In this document: positions 30,031 through 44,055 of the stretch, in pieces
Layout: the number at the start of each line of letters is the position of its first letter
Numbering within the stretch: position 1 is the first letter of the stretch
Assembly: GCF_009914755.1 (NCBI RefSeq)
Contig: NC_060935.1
Direction: 5' to 3' (one strand)
Source: the human T2T-CHM13v2.0 reference genome, Homo sapiens
Length of the DNA stretch: 64,000 nucleotides
Program-made: the position numbers and the translations under genes
The notes under the pieces: model-generated
What the model saw: the letters and a program-made list of their open reading frames with translations, nothing else
Told to the model about the DNA's origin: nothing
The model's database searches: none

Positions 30031-30728
30031 TGTATTAAAATTAAACATTTTAATACTACTCTCCCAATCCAGGCACCTGGGATTAGCATATCCAGGTGCT
30101 CATCAGCCGCACCCTCACCCCAGTGAAGCCAGCAGAGCTGGCTGTCGGCAGAATCTGGGTCTCAGTGGGGGCCAAGGCACGTGCTGCCTTGGGGAGAGGC
30201 AGCTCCCTGCAAGGTTCTGGATTTGACATCAGAGGCCCACCCACCTCAGGAAGGAGGAGAGGGATTGGTAGAGGTTGGGGGTGGGGCTGGTTTTCAGCGG
30301 TAGTAGAGCAGATGTGGAAAGCAGCTGATAACCTGGGAGGTGTGTGTCTGCTCTCCATATTTGCTAGGAATGGACCGCTCCCATCTGGGCCAGGGAGGAC
30401 CTGACATTTATGTAGCACCTCATTTAGGCCAGACCCTGAGCATGGTGGCTTCTCCGATGTTACCTTGATTCTTCTTTAGTTCAACTCCACCAGGAGGGGT
30501 TGTTATAGTACTTTTACATGTGAGGACCCTGAGCCGAGACACAGAGGGGACCTTGTGAAGGCCACACAACTGGCAAGTGGAAGAGCTGGCCTGAACCCAG
30601 TTTCCTCTCACACCTCTCCTCAGTGTGCAGTGCCTGTGCTGCGTTTGGGGAAATGGAGTAACCCTCCCAACTCTCCCATCCCTTCCTCTTCTGCTCACCC
30701 ATGGCTCCAATTCCTTAAGGGCAGATGA

Positions 30729-31052
<324 letters not shown>

Positions 31053-31264
31053 TAATGACACGCCATGAATCATCCAACCACAGTTACAGCAACCTGCCCC
31101 ATGTCGGTCACAGAGCTGAAGTTAGAACCTGAGCCTTCTTTGAGCCCGGCATGTAAGGAGGAAAGACAAAGGGGCCTCTCCGGCTCCTGGGTGTCACTGG
31201 GATGGTGGGGCAGCTGCCTAGCTGGAGCCTGGGACTCACGTGCCCCCAACCCCCTCTCTTGCAG

Positions 31265-31396
31265 AGTTATGTCATGCCCAGGCCAGCAGGGGGCTCCATG
31301 AGGATTCATAGAAGATGCCCCGCGTCTCGGCGCCTTTGGTGCTGCTTCCTGCGTGGCTCGTGATGGTCGCCTGCAGCCCGCACTCCTTGAGGATCG
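31265..31396 (+). other. GRIK4: GRIK4 exon containing 50 nt of 5'UTR and the start codon (132 nt)
   Basis: Branch-point-like CTCAC (31235-31239), pyrimidine tract CCCCTCTCTTGCAG with AG at 31263-31264, and donor GTAAGT at 31397. Confidence 0.92.
31315..31396 (+). CDS. GRIK4: GRIK4 (GluK4/KA1 kainate receptor subunit) first coding exon, CDS part (signal peptide plus start of the amino-terminal domain)
   Basis: ATG at 31315 translates [27 protein letters not shown]+G, which I recognise as the GluK4 N-terminus (continues AAILDDPMEC in the next exon, not seen in this window). 82 coding nt end at a strong donor G|GTAAGT (GT 31397). Locally CpG-rich. Confidence 0.97.
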
Positions 31397-34300
31397 GTAA
31401 GTGTGGCCCAGCTTGGGGCAGTGCCCCCACCCACTATCCCAGGTGTCCACAAGGGACATGAGAGTGCTGCACAGGACTTGGGGAAGCTGCCCAGCCCGTG
31501 CACTGTGCCCTCCCTGAGTGTGGCTGGGGTGAACATGCAGGTGGTGGTGGTGGAGGCAGCTGACAGGTGACCACTCCGATCTGGTCAACCTGCTGAGCTC
31601 CCCGGCCACTAGAATAAAGATGCTGATAACTCCCTAGTGCAGTCAATGTAGGTTCAGCCTAGCAGGTTAAGAGGCAGCTGTCGGGGAAAAAGGAGGGTGA
31701 GGATGGCCATGGGGACTCCAAATCTAGGGCTGGAGATGGGAGAAGAGGTCCCTTCTTTCCTGTGATCAGTCCAAGAAGGCTTCCTGGAGAGAGTGCTATG
31801 TCCACAACTTGGAAGAAGCCAGGAGTCTGCTGGGGTGGCCTGGCTGCTTGGAAGGGCCCTTGACATTGGGTCTGCTTGCTGTGGCCTGGCTCTGAGAGGG
31901 AGGGCAGGGTCATGTGAGTCTCTCCCTTGCCTTGTTGCTGTGGGACGCCCACTTTAGGTGTGGGCAGGCGGGCTTCCACCTGAGCCCTCAGCATCCCATC
32001 CCTGGAGGGGCGGGTCTGGGAAGTCAGGTGCCTCCTCCCTGCTGGGACTGAACAAGACTTGTCAACTGCAGGTTGAGGCTCTCTAGATCCTGGTTCCTGG
32101 GGACACAGCCAGCCACAGGGACAAGGACACAGTTCAGTCCGGCAGGCGCAGTGTGGTCATCTGATGGCCCAGCAACAGAGAACCCATGGAATTAGGACAG
32201 ATGTGGGGTGTCGGGGATCAGGGGTGTCTATGTGTACATCGGGGGATGGGGATTAGTGTGGACAGGTGGGTGGGGCACAGCAGTGACAAACCCAGAAAGG
32301 TAGGTTGATGGCCACAAGACGACCCATCCAACAGCAGGGCCCCAAGGGTAGAGTTAAGTGACAGCCCTAGAGGAACTCAAATACCAGGCAGGTTACCCCA
32401 ACGGATAACCACATGAGGCCCCTCTTCCCACACTGGGGGTGGGGTTGGGGGTGGGAGCAAAGGCAGGAATCTAGATCTTAAACCTGAGCCTGAAAGGGTT
32501 AGAGGCTGACTTAGAGCAAAGATGGCACGATGCTGAATCTCAGGGAGCTGACTTAAAGCTCCCAAATTCCTCCAATTGCATTCAGGTCGGTGTGCTGGTG
32601 ATGGTCAGGAGGCCATGGTGTGGGCAGAGGTGGGCGAGCAGCCAAAACCTGGCTAGGCCAGGGGTCACAGGCCGGAAGCCCAGCCTGCAGGTCTGTGAGC
32701 TGCTTCGTTTTACCTTGTGGGCACAGTTTTTCATGCAAATGCAGAGGAGCTGATTGGAATCAGAAATGTGGACAGGTGACCCAGTTCTCCCCCTCACCCT
32801 GCCCTCGACACACTGCTCTGCATGCTTAAAAAAAAAGAAATTAAAAAACAAAATTTTCCCTCCCTCTTCTCCGTTCATTTTTACAGAAACTTCAAAACCT
32901 AATTTAATTCTGCTTAGCAGCAATGCAAAACGGTTCATATCCTTAAGATGTTTAATTTATAAGATGCCTATAGTTTTTCAGCGTTTGCTGCAAGGTCTTC
33001 TCCCTCTCTAAATGAGTGAATAAAGTGGCAACCCATCAATTTCCATTTGTCGCTAATGGGAAGCGGAAAGGGATTGAGCCAGAATCAGTAGCACCTCATG
33101 GCCTCGCCTCTCCCGACACTTGTGCTCTGGGAGGGAAGCAGAAAGCGGAGCTGACAGGTCCCTCTTTTGGCTGCCACAACAGAGGGCTTCAAAGGCACCC
33201 CTCGTGCTCCCAAACCCATACTCTGAACAATGCTTGTTCAGCTCTGTCAAGACTGCTGGCCCTCAGTTTTGGTTCATGCTAGGCCACTTCCAGCCGCTTT
33301 CCAGCCAGGGGCCCTGCTGGCTGGCAAGGTCAAACCGGGCCTAATCTCCTGCAGAGGCCAGGAAGCAGAGTTAAGCCAACAGAAAGGGAAGAAAAGAAAA
33401 ACCCAAACAGCAGTGCCAGGACCCGTTCTTCCTGTCTCCTTGGTTAGCCTGAGTGCCAGGAGCTTTTTAAAATCTCCCAATCCTTATGGATGGAAAGTTG
33501 CTAATTACATGGACTCCAGAGGGGATGTGGAGTAGCGCAGGGATGGGAAGAGAAGTGGGTCAAGAAAACACAAGTAGCTGTGCTGAGCAGCAGGCAGCCT
33601 TGCATGCAGATGGGCTGGGCTGGCGTTAACTGTGCTGGGGTCTCTGGGGTCCTTGAGAGGCTTATGGGAAGGGAAGGGGCTGCTGCTCCTCTCGCCTTCC
33701 CAGGGGTCACTTTTCCTTGCATTTGAGTTTTTCTGGGGTTTTCCCCAACCCCAGCCTCAGAATGGGTGGCTCTCTGAATGGGGCTGCATGAAGAGACCAG
33801 GGATCTGAGAGATAAATCGCCCTGTTTGCTCCATCCTCAGCCCCACTTGTCTGCTGGTGACAATATGGATGTTTGGAAAGAGGTGGCCGAACCCATTACC
33901 CTGCCTTGTGATGGCTGTTTTTCATTCAAGTGAGGTACAGGGCAGGAGATACAGCCAAATTGTCTATTACAGTGTTTGGTGTTTACCCCTCGAATGAGGT
34001 TTTGGGTAAAAGAAAGGGATTTTATTTATGGCTGTGAGGCTGGCTGCATAAATTCCCCAAACTCTCACACATATGTCAACCCCTTCCATCATCTATCTTC
34101 TGAAAATGTGTTTGGATTTTGCTTCAGTCCCTCTGGGTCCTCTGAGTGATAACTGTGGAGCCACAAGTTAATAAATGCCCTGAGGAGACCCCACCCCATC
34201 TTTGCACCCCCTTCATTACTTAAAGAGACCAGAGATCATTGTCATTCTTAGATCCGGAAGGGACTGTAAGGATTCGTTATCTAACCTGCTCATCTTGCAA

Positions 34301-37300
34301 ATGAGGAAACAGGGTCACAGCAGGCAGTGGTTTGGCCAAGGTCACCTGACAAGTAGGGGCCTGGCTGGTGGCAGCTGACACTGGTGCTGGTATCCTTGAC
34401 TCCTCTTCCAGTGCTCTCTTCTCCATGCACCCATGGGCTCCCTTAGCTGCTGAGAAGCAGAATCACCTTCAATAGTATGTGAAGGTTATATTCTCCTACA
34501 GTTTCCTCCATTCCTGTTCAGAAAACATTTCAGACATTAGCAAATGTGTTACCCTTGCCCCTAACACCTTGAGACTCATTAAGTATTTGTTAACTGAATG
34601 AACGCTAGGCTCCAAGCCTACCTCTTGTTACTCCTTCCTTGGCTCTGTATTTTACCTACACTAAACCACTCCCTGTGAGCCAAATATACCAGGAGGATTT
34701 ACTCCCAGCTTTACCCATTCCCCTGCTCTCCCTATAGTGCTCTTCCTCCCGTTTCATCTTCTCTGCCTGCAAAACAAATCCAGCTCCTCCTTCTACTCCT
34801 CTTCTTTTTCTTCGTCTTCCTCCTCCATCACCATCAGCTTAAATGGCTCTTCCTCTGCAAAGTCCTTTCCCGTTATCATCCTGTCCGTAAGAGGGAGAAT
34901 TCATCTTTTTCCTACCATTCCCCCATTCCCCCAGCACATAACATCTGTTCCAGCACTTGCCGTGTTATATTCTAAAGATTATGGCATTTTCCCACTAGAC
35001 TCTGAACTCCATGGGAGAGTGATCCCCAACAGAAGGGCCCAACACATGATGCAAAGAAGTATATGGGTGCAGTTTAATGAATGTGATGGATAGATGAATC
35101 CATGGTTCTTGCAAGACTGGGTTTTCCAATAACATGTTTGGTATCATTGTTTTAAATGGCACTGTCTTACCTATGCATAAAGAGGTAAACTTATTGGAGA
35201 AAGTAGAAGAGAAAGGAGAAAGAGGAAAAGGAGAAAATGTCCATCTGTCTGTCTTACTTAAAAGAGAATAGGAATGGGCTGAAGATCCTGGTTGGGTTCT
35301 AATGAAAGCTTTGGCAGTAATAATAAACTCAATGACACAATTATTCATTCATTAATTAACTCAACAAATATTTATTGAATGCTATGTGCCAAGCACTGAG
35401 GATGCAGTGCTACCAATAATAATCAAAATAATAACTCCCATTCTTTGCCTGGCACTGGGCTAAGTATTCCCCATATCTCACCCAGTTTCATTGGACCAAA
35501 CAATCCCCTGTTACAGATGAAGCAATGGAGGCTCAGAGGGTTTAAATAACGAACCTAAGGTCACACAGCTAGTGAAATTTGAACCTGTCTCCAAAGCTGT
35601 CTCTTCCTGCTCTTCTAGAGCTGATGACCCCCTGGAAACATTTGGGATATCCCATTATCACAGCCATCACATTAAATACATTGTGTTCTGCTGGTAAGGA
35701 GTTGAAAGATGGAATCATCATGGCTAATATAGTTTCCTGCTCTTTTATGGACACTTTTTACCTCAAAAGCATTTCTTAAAGGGCACAAAGTCTAGTTGAG
35801 AGATGAGGAAACTGAGGCATGGGGATTTCAGGGCTCAGTTGAGGTGGCAAGGGAAGTTCTGCTCAGCATGGGCATATTAGACACATCAGCAGGTTATTGC
35901 AGCAATTGAATCTCTCTTGTTTAAGGTTTCCCTGTGTGGTAAAGCAGCAAGAGCTTGGATTTATTTTATACTCTGTCTTACGAGGACCCTCCAAGCACTT
36001 TATAACTGTAATTTTTTACTTAGTTGGTTTCCCCCCAATGAGCTCCAATTCTGTACGGAGAATGTTCAACATAGAACATTGAAATGTTATAAAGATAAAG
36101 ATAATAGGAGAATTGGGGGAGACAAGGGAAAAGGATAAAAAACACCAGTTTCTTATCCTGTTATGCTGTGTATTAAATATATCTAATCCACCGAGATTCA
36201 AATATACCAGCTGAATTCTTTGCCTTGTAGAGGATTCACCATGGGTTTGTTTGAGCAGTGGGCTCCTCTGATCATGTTAGCACATGATTTGATTTATGAA
36301 ATTTTGATCAGCATGCAACTTTTCATCTCATTTCCAAATTGAGTCACCCATATAGACAATCAATTGGTCTTTCACATTAGTGACAAATAGAAATTGATGA
36401 CTTTCTCCTTCATCTGTCACCTACGGGGGGAATATAGAAGGATTTCTAGGACATAAATCTCTCCCCTGGTAAGCACCTTAGGGAGGCTGTGTCTTTCTTA
36501 TTCATGTCTGTATTTCCAGAGTCTAGCACTGTGCTTGGCCCACAGTAGTGGGCTTAGTAAATGTTTGCTAAATGAATTCACTGTGGCAAGATCTGAATTT
36601 TGAGCTGACCCGTCAGTTTGCAAACTTCTCTTCCCCCAGGAATTGGTCAAGGTTTAAAAATGCCAACCAATGTTATTGTCAGCCCATAAAATACATAATT
36701 AGGAGAGTAAATATTTTACCAAAAGAAAAAAAAGTCTGCGCGTGTGTCTGCACACACTTGTGCTTATGTAAGGCTATCTCTCCTCTCCTCCTTGCTCCTC
36801 CCCTGCCACCAACACATTTTGGGGTGACTGAGGGAGGTGTGGCTGTAGTGAGAGAGATATTCAGGCTGGCATGCTGTGGTGTCATCCGTCTTCCCTTGGT
36901 CTTCAGGAGCCAAGGGTGGTTTTGGGATGTTTATTCTCTCTTTTGCCCTTTCCAAAACCCATTGTGCACTGTAACTTCATCTGTAATCTCTTCTACTGAG
37001 AGGTTAGAGATGAATTAGGCCTAGATATTCCGTTTTACAGATAAGAAATCCCGGGGTCCCAAAAGGTGAAAGGAATTGGTGAATGCCCTTTTGGTGGTGC
37101 CAGGACTCCTGACTCCCAACCGCCTGGGTGACATTTGTGCCATGGTTTGTGGTGTATAGCGTGTTCTTACACACATGTTAATTCACTTTCCCCGGTGACC
37201 TGCAAGGCAGGTTGAAGTGAGCACATCTTGTGGAGAGGAGCCTGAGTCTCCCAGGTTTGTGACTTCCCCAAGCTTGCATAGAGGTGAGTGGTCAGGTCAG

Positions 37301-38950
37301 GAAGAGTGGTCACATCAAAGGGGATGGACCGATAAGCATCTGAGGACAGCGTTGGGACAGGGTCCTGAATAGCCTGCTGGCAGTGTGTTCTCGATGAGTG
37401 AGATCTGAATGCCACCAGGGGCCAGTGTGGCGACGCCTGGGGGCTCACAAAACGAGGCAGAGCTAAAGAGAAAAAGCACATAGGTAATGGCAGTGAGCGT
37501 TAGTAAGTGTTGCTTCTCTATTTTGTTTTCTTAAGCATATTGTGATCCATCATTGGTAAGGATCCCACTGGTAGAAGTGTCAGACATGAAGGGATGGGGC
37601 TATTGTTCCATATCTGAAGTCTTAGGTAACAGAGCTGATTTCCATATCATTTTGGTATGTGGCTGCCTGTGTTCATTTGTGCTAGAATGGCCTGAGTATC
37701 TCCAGGTTTTCAACGAATATTATGGGCTGATGGTATCTATTCAGTTGGATCGAGCAGCGTGGCCAGTGGACCTGACTGGCAGTATTGGATTCAACAGGGA
37801 TGAACACCATATTGAAAGAGTGATGGTGATATTTCATGAGAATTTCAAAAGCCTGTCTCCAGCTCTGTGAAGTCATTTACAAAACGTCTTGGGATGTGGA
37901 GTGAGTCACTAGCAAGCTCTATTTTGGTGGGGGGTGTTGGGAGTGGAAATTATGGAAAGAGGTTTTGATTCCTTGTAAAAAAGTGTTTTCCAGGCAGATG
38001 GAATGGGCTTTTTTGGATACCAAGGTCCCCATACCCGGAGGGGGCCACACAGGTCGGACAGGGATTTCAGCCTCAAATGTGGTATTGGACCTGTTACCTC
38101 TAAGACCCCCTTCAGTCTGGGATTTGGTGATACAATCTTTTCACCTTTGGTCTCTTCTCATCCTCTCATAGGGAGACATTTCATTATCATTGTGTCCTCA
38201 TTAATAACCATTAACAAGAGCTTAGAATTGAGGCAACCAGCTGCCTAATTTAAGCCATGACCCCATTTGGCTCCAATCCTTTGGATAAGCCAGGTAGGAC
38301 ATAAGAACCCTGCTAATTCTTTTGTTCTGTTGATGTAGACCTGGGCTGTCTGGGTGCTTCCTTCCTCCCTGTGGCCACTGATGGCAGAGCTGGAGAAGCA
38401 CAGGCAATGTGGAAGCTGCTGCTAGACCTCAGCCGAGTGCCTGCGTGGGCGGGACGCGTGCGTGTGCATCGCTGGAGCCAGCACATCCCACTCACAGCCT
38501 CGCGGCTCGTCAGCAGGCAAGACAGTGGTCACACTTAGCTCTCATTAGTCTGGATAAACAGGCACACGTTCCCTATCAGCTTTACGGGGGCTGGGGCTCG
38601 GCTCGGTGGGTAGTGTGGGCAGCAGGGTGCTGCAGACAGCTGTCAGGCTGTCCCATTGGTGTGTGTTTCCTCCCATTGAGCTGAGATATGGTACCTGGGC
38701 AGCTCGTGGTGGACCCAGCCAGCGAGGCCCATTAAACCCACACTGATGAGGGGTGTTGTGGAGAGGACACTGACCAGTCAGGTGCAGATGTGCACGCAGT
38801 GGCAAACACAGTCCTATAGCTGGGCAGACAGTGCCACTGTGCTGGACTCGAGAGGCACTGTGACTCAGTCTAATGCTCAACCCTGACTGGAGGTCTCTGG
38901 AATTGAGACTCTATCTATCTGAGTATGACCCCTTTAGAAAAGGTTCATCG

Positions 38951-39078
38951 TGTCTGTAGTCCCAGCTACTTGGGAGGCTGAGAGGGAAGAATCACTTGAG
39001 TCCAGGTGTTTGAGGCTGCAGTGAGCTATGGTAGCACCACTGCCCTCCATCCTGGGTGACAGAGTGAGACCCTGTCTC
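38951..39078 (+). mobile_element. Alu right monomer (FRAM/AluJ)
   Basis: CTGTAGTCCCAGCTACTTGGGAGGCTGAG...GAGGCTGCAGTGAGCTATG...GAGACCCTGTCTC. Confidence 0.9.
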
Positions 39079-39097
39079 ATAGATGGATAGATAGATG

Positions 39098-39146
<49 letters not shown>

Positions 39147-39435
39147 GTAGGTAGATAAGTACATAGGTAGGTAGATAGAGAGGTAGGTAGGTAGGTAAGC
39201 AGACAGACAGAGAAAGAGGTAGGCAGACAGAGAGATAGGTAGGCAGATGAAAGAAATAAGAAAGAAAGAAAAAAGAGAGAAAGAGAGAAAGAAAAAAGAA
39301 AAGAAAAGAAGAAAGGAAGGAAGGAAAGAAAGAAAAGAATGAAAGAGAGAAAGAGGGAAAGAGGAAGAAAAGAAAGAAAAAGAAAGGAAGAAAAAGAAAA
39401 GAAAACAAAAAGGAAAGAAAAGAAATGAAAAGAAA
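39079..39435. repeat. Compound STR: AGAT/GGAT, (AGAT)11, AGGT/AGAC, then an A/G-rich tract
   Basis: Pure AGAT run 39101-39144, with an almost all-purine tract at ~39250-39435. Confidence 0.95.
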
Positions 39436-39729
39436 GAGGCTTACCTCTCTGAAACCCTACCCCGGGGAAGACGTCAGCCCCAGCCCTTTAAGCTCCCATC
39501 ACTCCCTGTGTTTCAGGTGGGGAATCAACCTGAACGGGGTTGACTGGTCCTCTAGGGTAGTCCACAAGGGGGTCCCCCATGTCTCCCTCTCCTCTCAGTC
39601 TCTTCCACCTGGACTCACCCAGGTTCCTTCAGTGGCTTTTCATATGATTGAGGAATGGAGTCAGATGTGTTGTGGGGAAACACTGGAGTTGGCTCCCGGG
39701 AGGCTCTAGCACAGTGCACATATTAACAC

Positions 39730-39965
39730 CAGGAGCGTGGGCTCTGGAACCAGACTGCTCGGATATGAATCTGAGCTCCACCCTTTACTAGTGTATGACT
39801 TTGGGCAAGAACATAATTTCTCAGTGTCTCCATTTCTTCATCTATAACATGGGCTAATAGTAGTCCCTGTTTTATGCTTTTATAAGAATTCAATAAGTTC
39901 CTGCATAGAAGCACTTAGGATGGTGTCAGGCATACAGTAAGTGCTATGAAAGTGACATCTGTAAT
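39730..39965 (+). mobile_element. MIR SINE, near full length
   Basis: GGAGCGTGGGCTCTGGAACCAGACTGC...TGACTTTGGGCAAG...GGCATACAGTAAGTGCT. Confidence 0.85.
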
Positions 39966-41686
39966 TGATAATAGTACTACTGGGCCAGCCTGTTTCCATC
40001 TCTAGCCTTTGCCTGCCCGGATCACCCTTCCTCATTTCTCCACCAAATCTTGTCTCTTCTCTTCTTTTAAACCCTGCTTTAAATTCACCTTGTTCTGGGA
40101 GATGAGAATCCCCACCTTGTCTAGGGAACTTTCCCTTCCAAAGCGTGGGTGTGTGTGTGTTCACACACTCATGTGTGGGTGGCACTCTTTCTGGGCACTT
40201 ACCCCCCATTTCTGTGCAGCATTTTTTGAAACCTTATTTGAATTCCATCTACCCTGGGAGGCTAAGAGCATCCTGAGGAGAGAGCTCTGTCTTTCCTACC
40301 CTCTTAGCCTGGTGGACTCTTCACACAGGAGCAGTTGTCCCAGGTACTGACTGATGGAGCTGAATGATTCCCGCTTCTTAAAAACCTTCCTTAGCTGCTG
40401 TCCCTCTACAGTGGGCTCCTGATTTTTCTTCTTCCTTTTACAGCAAAGCTCTGCAAAAGAATTGCCTATTCAAGCTGTCTCTATTTCCTCTCCTCTCTCT
40501 CTTTCCCTATCAATAGGACCTTCTCCAACCAGACTTTCAGTCCCGGGCATTGATGCCCAGATTGCTAAATCCAGTGATCTGTCCCCAGGCCCCATCTTAC
40601 TGGACTTAGCAGCAGCATTTCACATAGTCTTTTCCTCCTTCTTCCTTGAAACACTTTTTCACTTGGCTTCTAGACCACGCCCCATCTTGTTCTTGCACTG
40701 TTTCTGGCTATTCCTTCTCAGTCTCCTTTGCTCGTTCCTCATCTCTTGATCTCTGAAGATGGATGTGCCTCAGGGCCCGGTCCTTAAACCTCTTCTCTCT
40801 GCATGCCCACTCCCTGGTGATCTCATGCAGTCTTAGGGCTTTAAAGCATCAATATGCTTATGACTCTCTAATCTCATCTGTAGCTCTGACCCCTTCCAGA
40901 ACTCCAGATTCATCCCCACTGGGATGTCTAACAGAAACTCAGATTTGCCATGTCCAAAATCGAGTTATTGATTCTCCCCTCCATGCCTGCTTCTCCTACT
41001 GTCTACTCATTTCATAAATGGTAATGCCATTCTATCTCTGTGGACATAGGCTCCAAACCTTGGAGTCATCCTTGGTCTCATCTTTCTCTGATACCCACAT
41101 CCTCTCTATCAACAGTCCTGTTGGCTCTGCCTTCCAAGTATATCCAGTACAACCCAACTGCGTCTCACCACCTCAGCAGGTGCTTCCCTTTTCCAAGCCA
41201 GTATTATTTCTCCCTGGATTACTGCAAACCTTTCCTGTTAGTTTCCCTGCCTCTTTCTTGCCCCTCACTTTTCATTCTCAAAATGGCAGCAAAAATGACT
41301 CTTTTAAGATGTAAATTGGATTGTGTCAGTCCACTGCTCCAGTCCTCTGCTGACTTCCCATGTCAGAATAAAAGATGAAGTCCTCACAGTGGCCCACAGG
41401 GCGGTCCATGAACTGCCCTTTATTCTGATGAATTTTATTGTCATTTCCTACCACCCTGCCTCTCACTCATGCCACACACCACCCCCAGCTCCACCAGCTT
41501 CTTTGCTTTTCCTCAAATGCACCAAGTGTGCTCCTGCCCCAGGGCCTTCACACCTGCTGTGCCCTCTGCCTGGAACACTTTTCACCTGGATATCTGTGTG
41601 GTTCACTTTCTCATGCCATGCAGGTCATGCCCTGACCATCCTCTAGCCCTGCCTCTGCCCCTGACACTTTCTGTCCTTCTCTGCTT

Positions 41687-44055
<2,369 letters not shown>

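Noticed and set aside
38992-39408. 138-aa hydrophobic ORF resembling a membrane protein
   Set aside because: It is the translation of the antisense strand of the AAAG/AGAT microsatellite and an Alu monomer.
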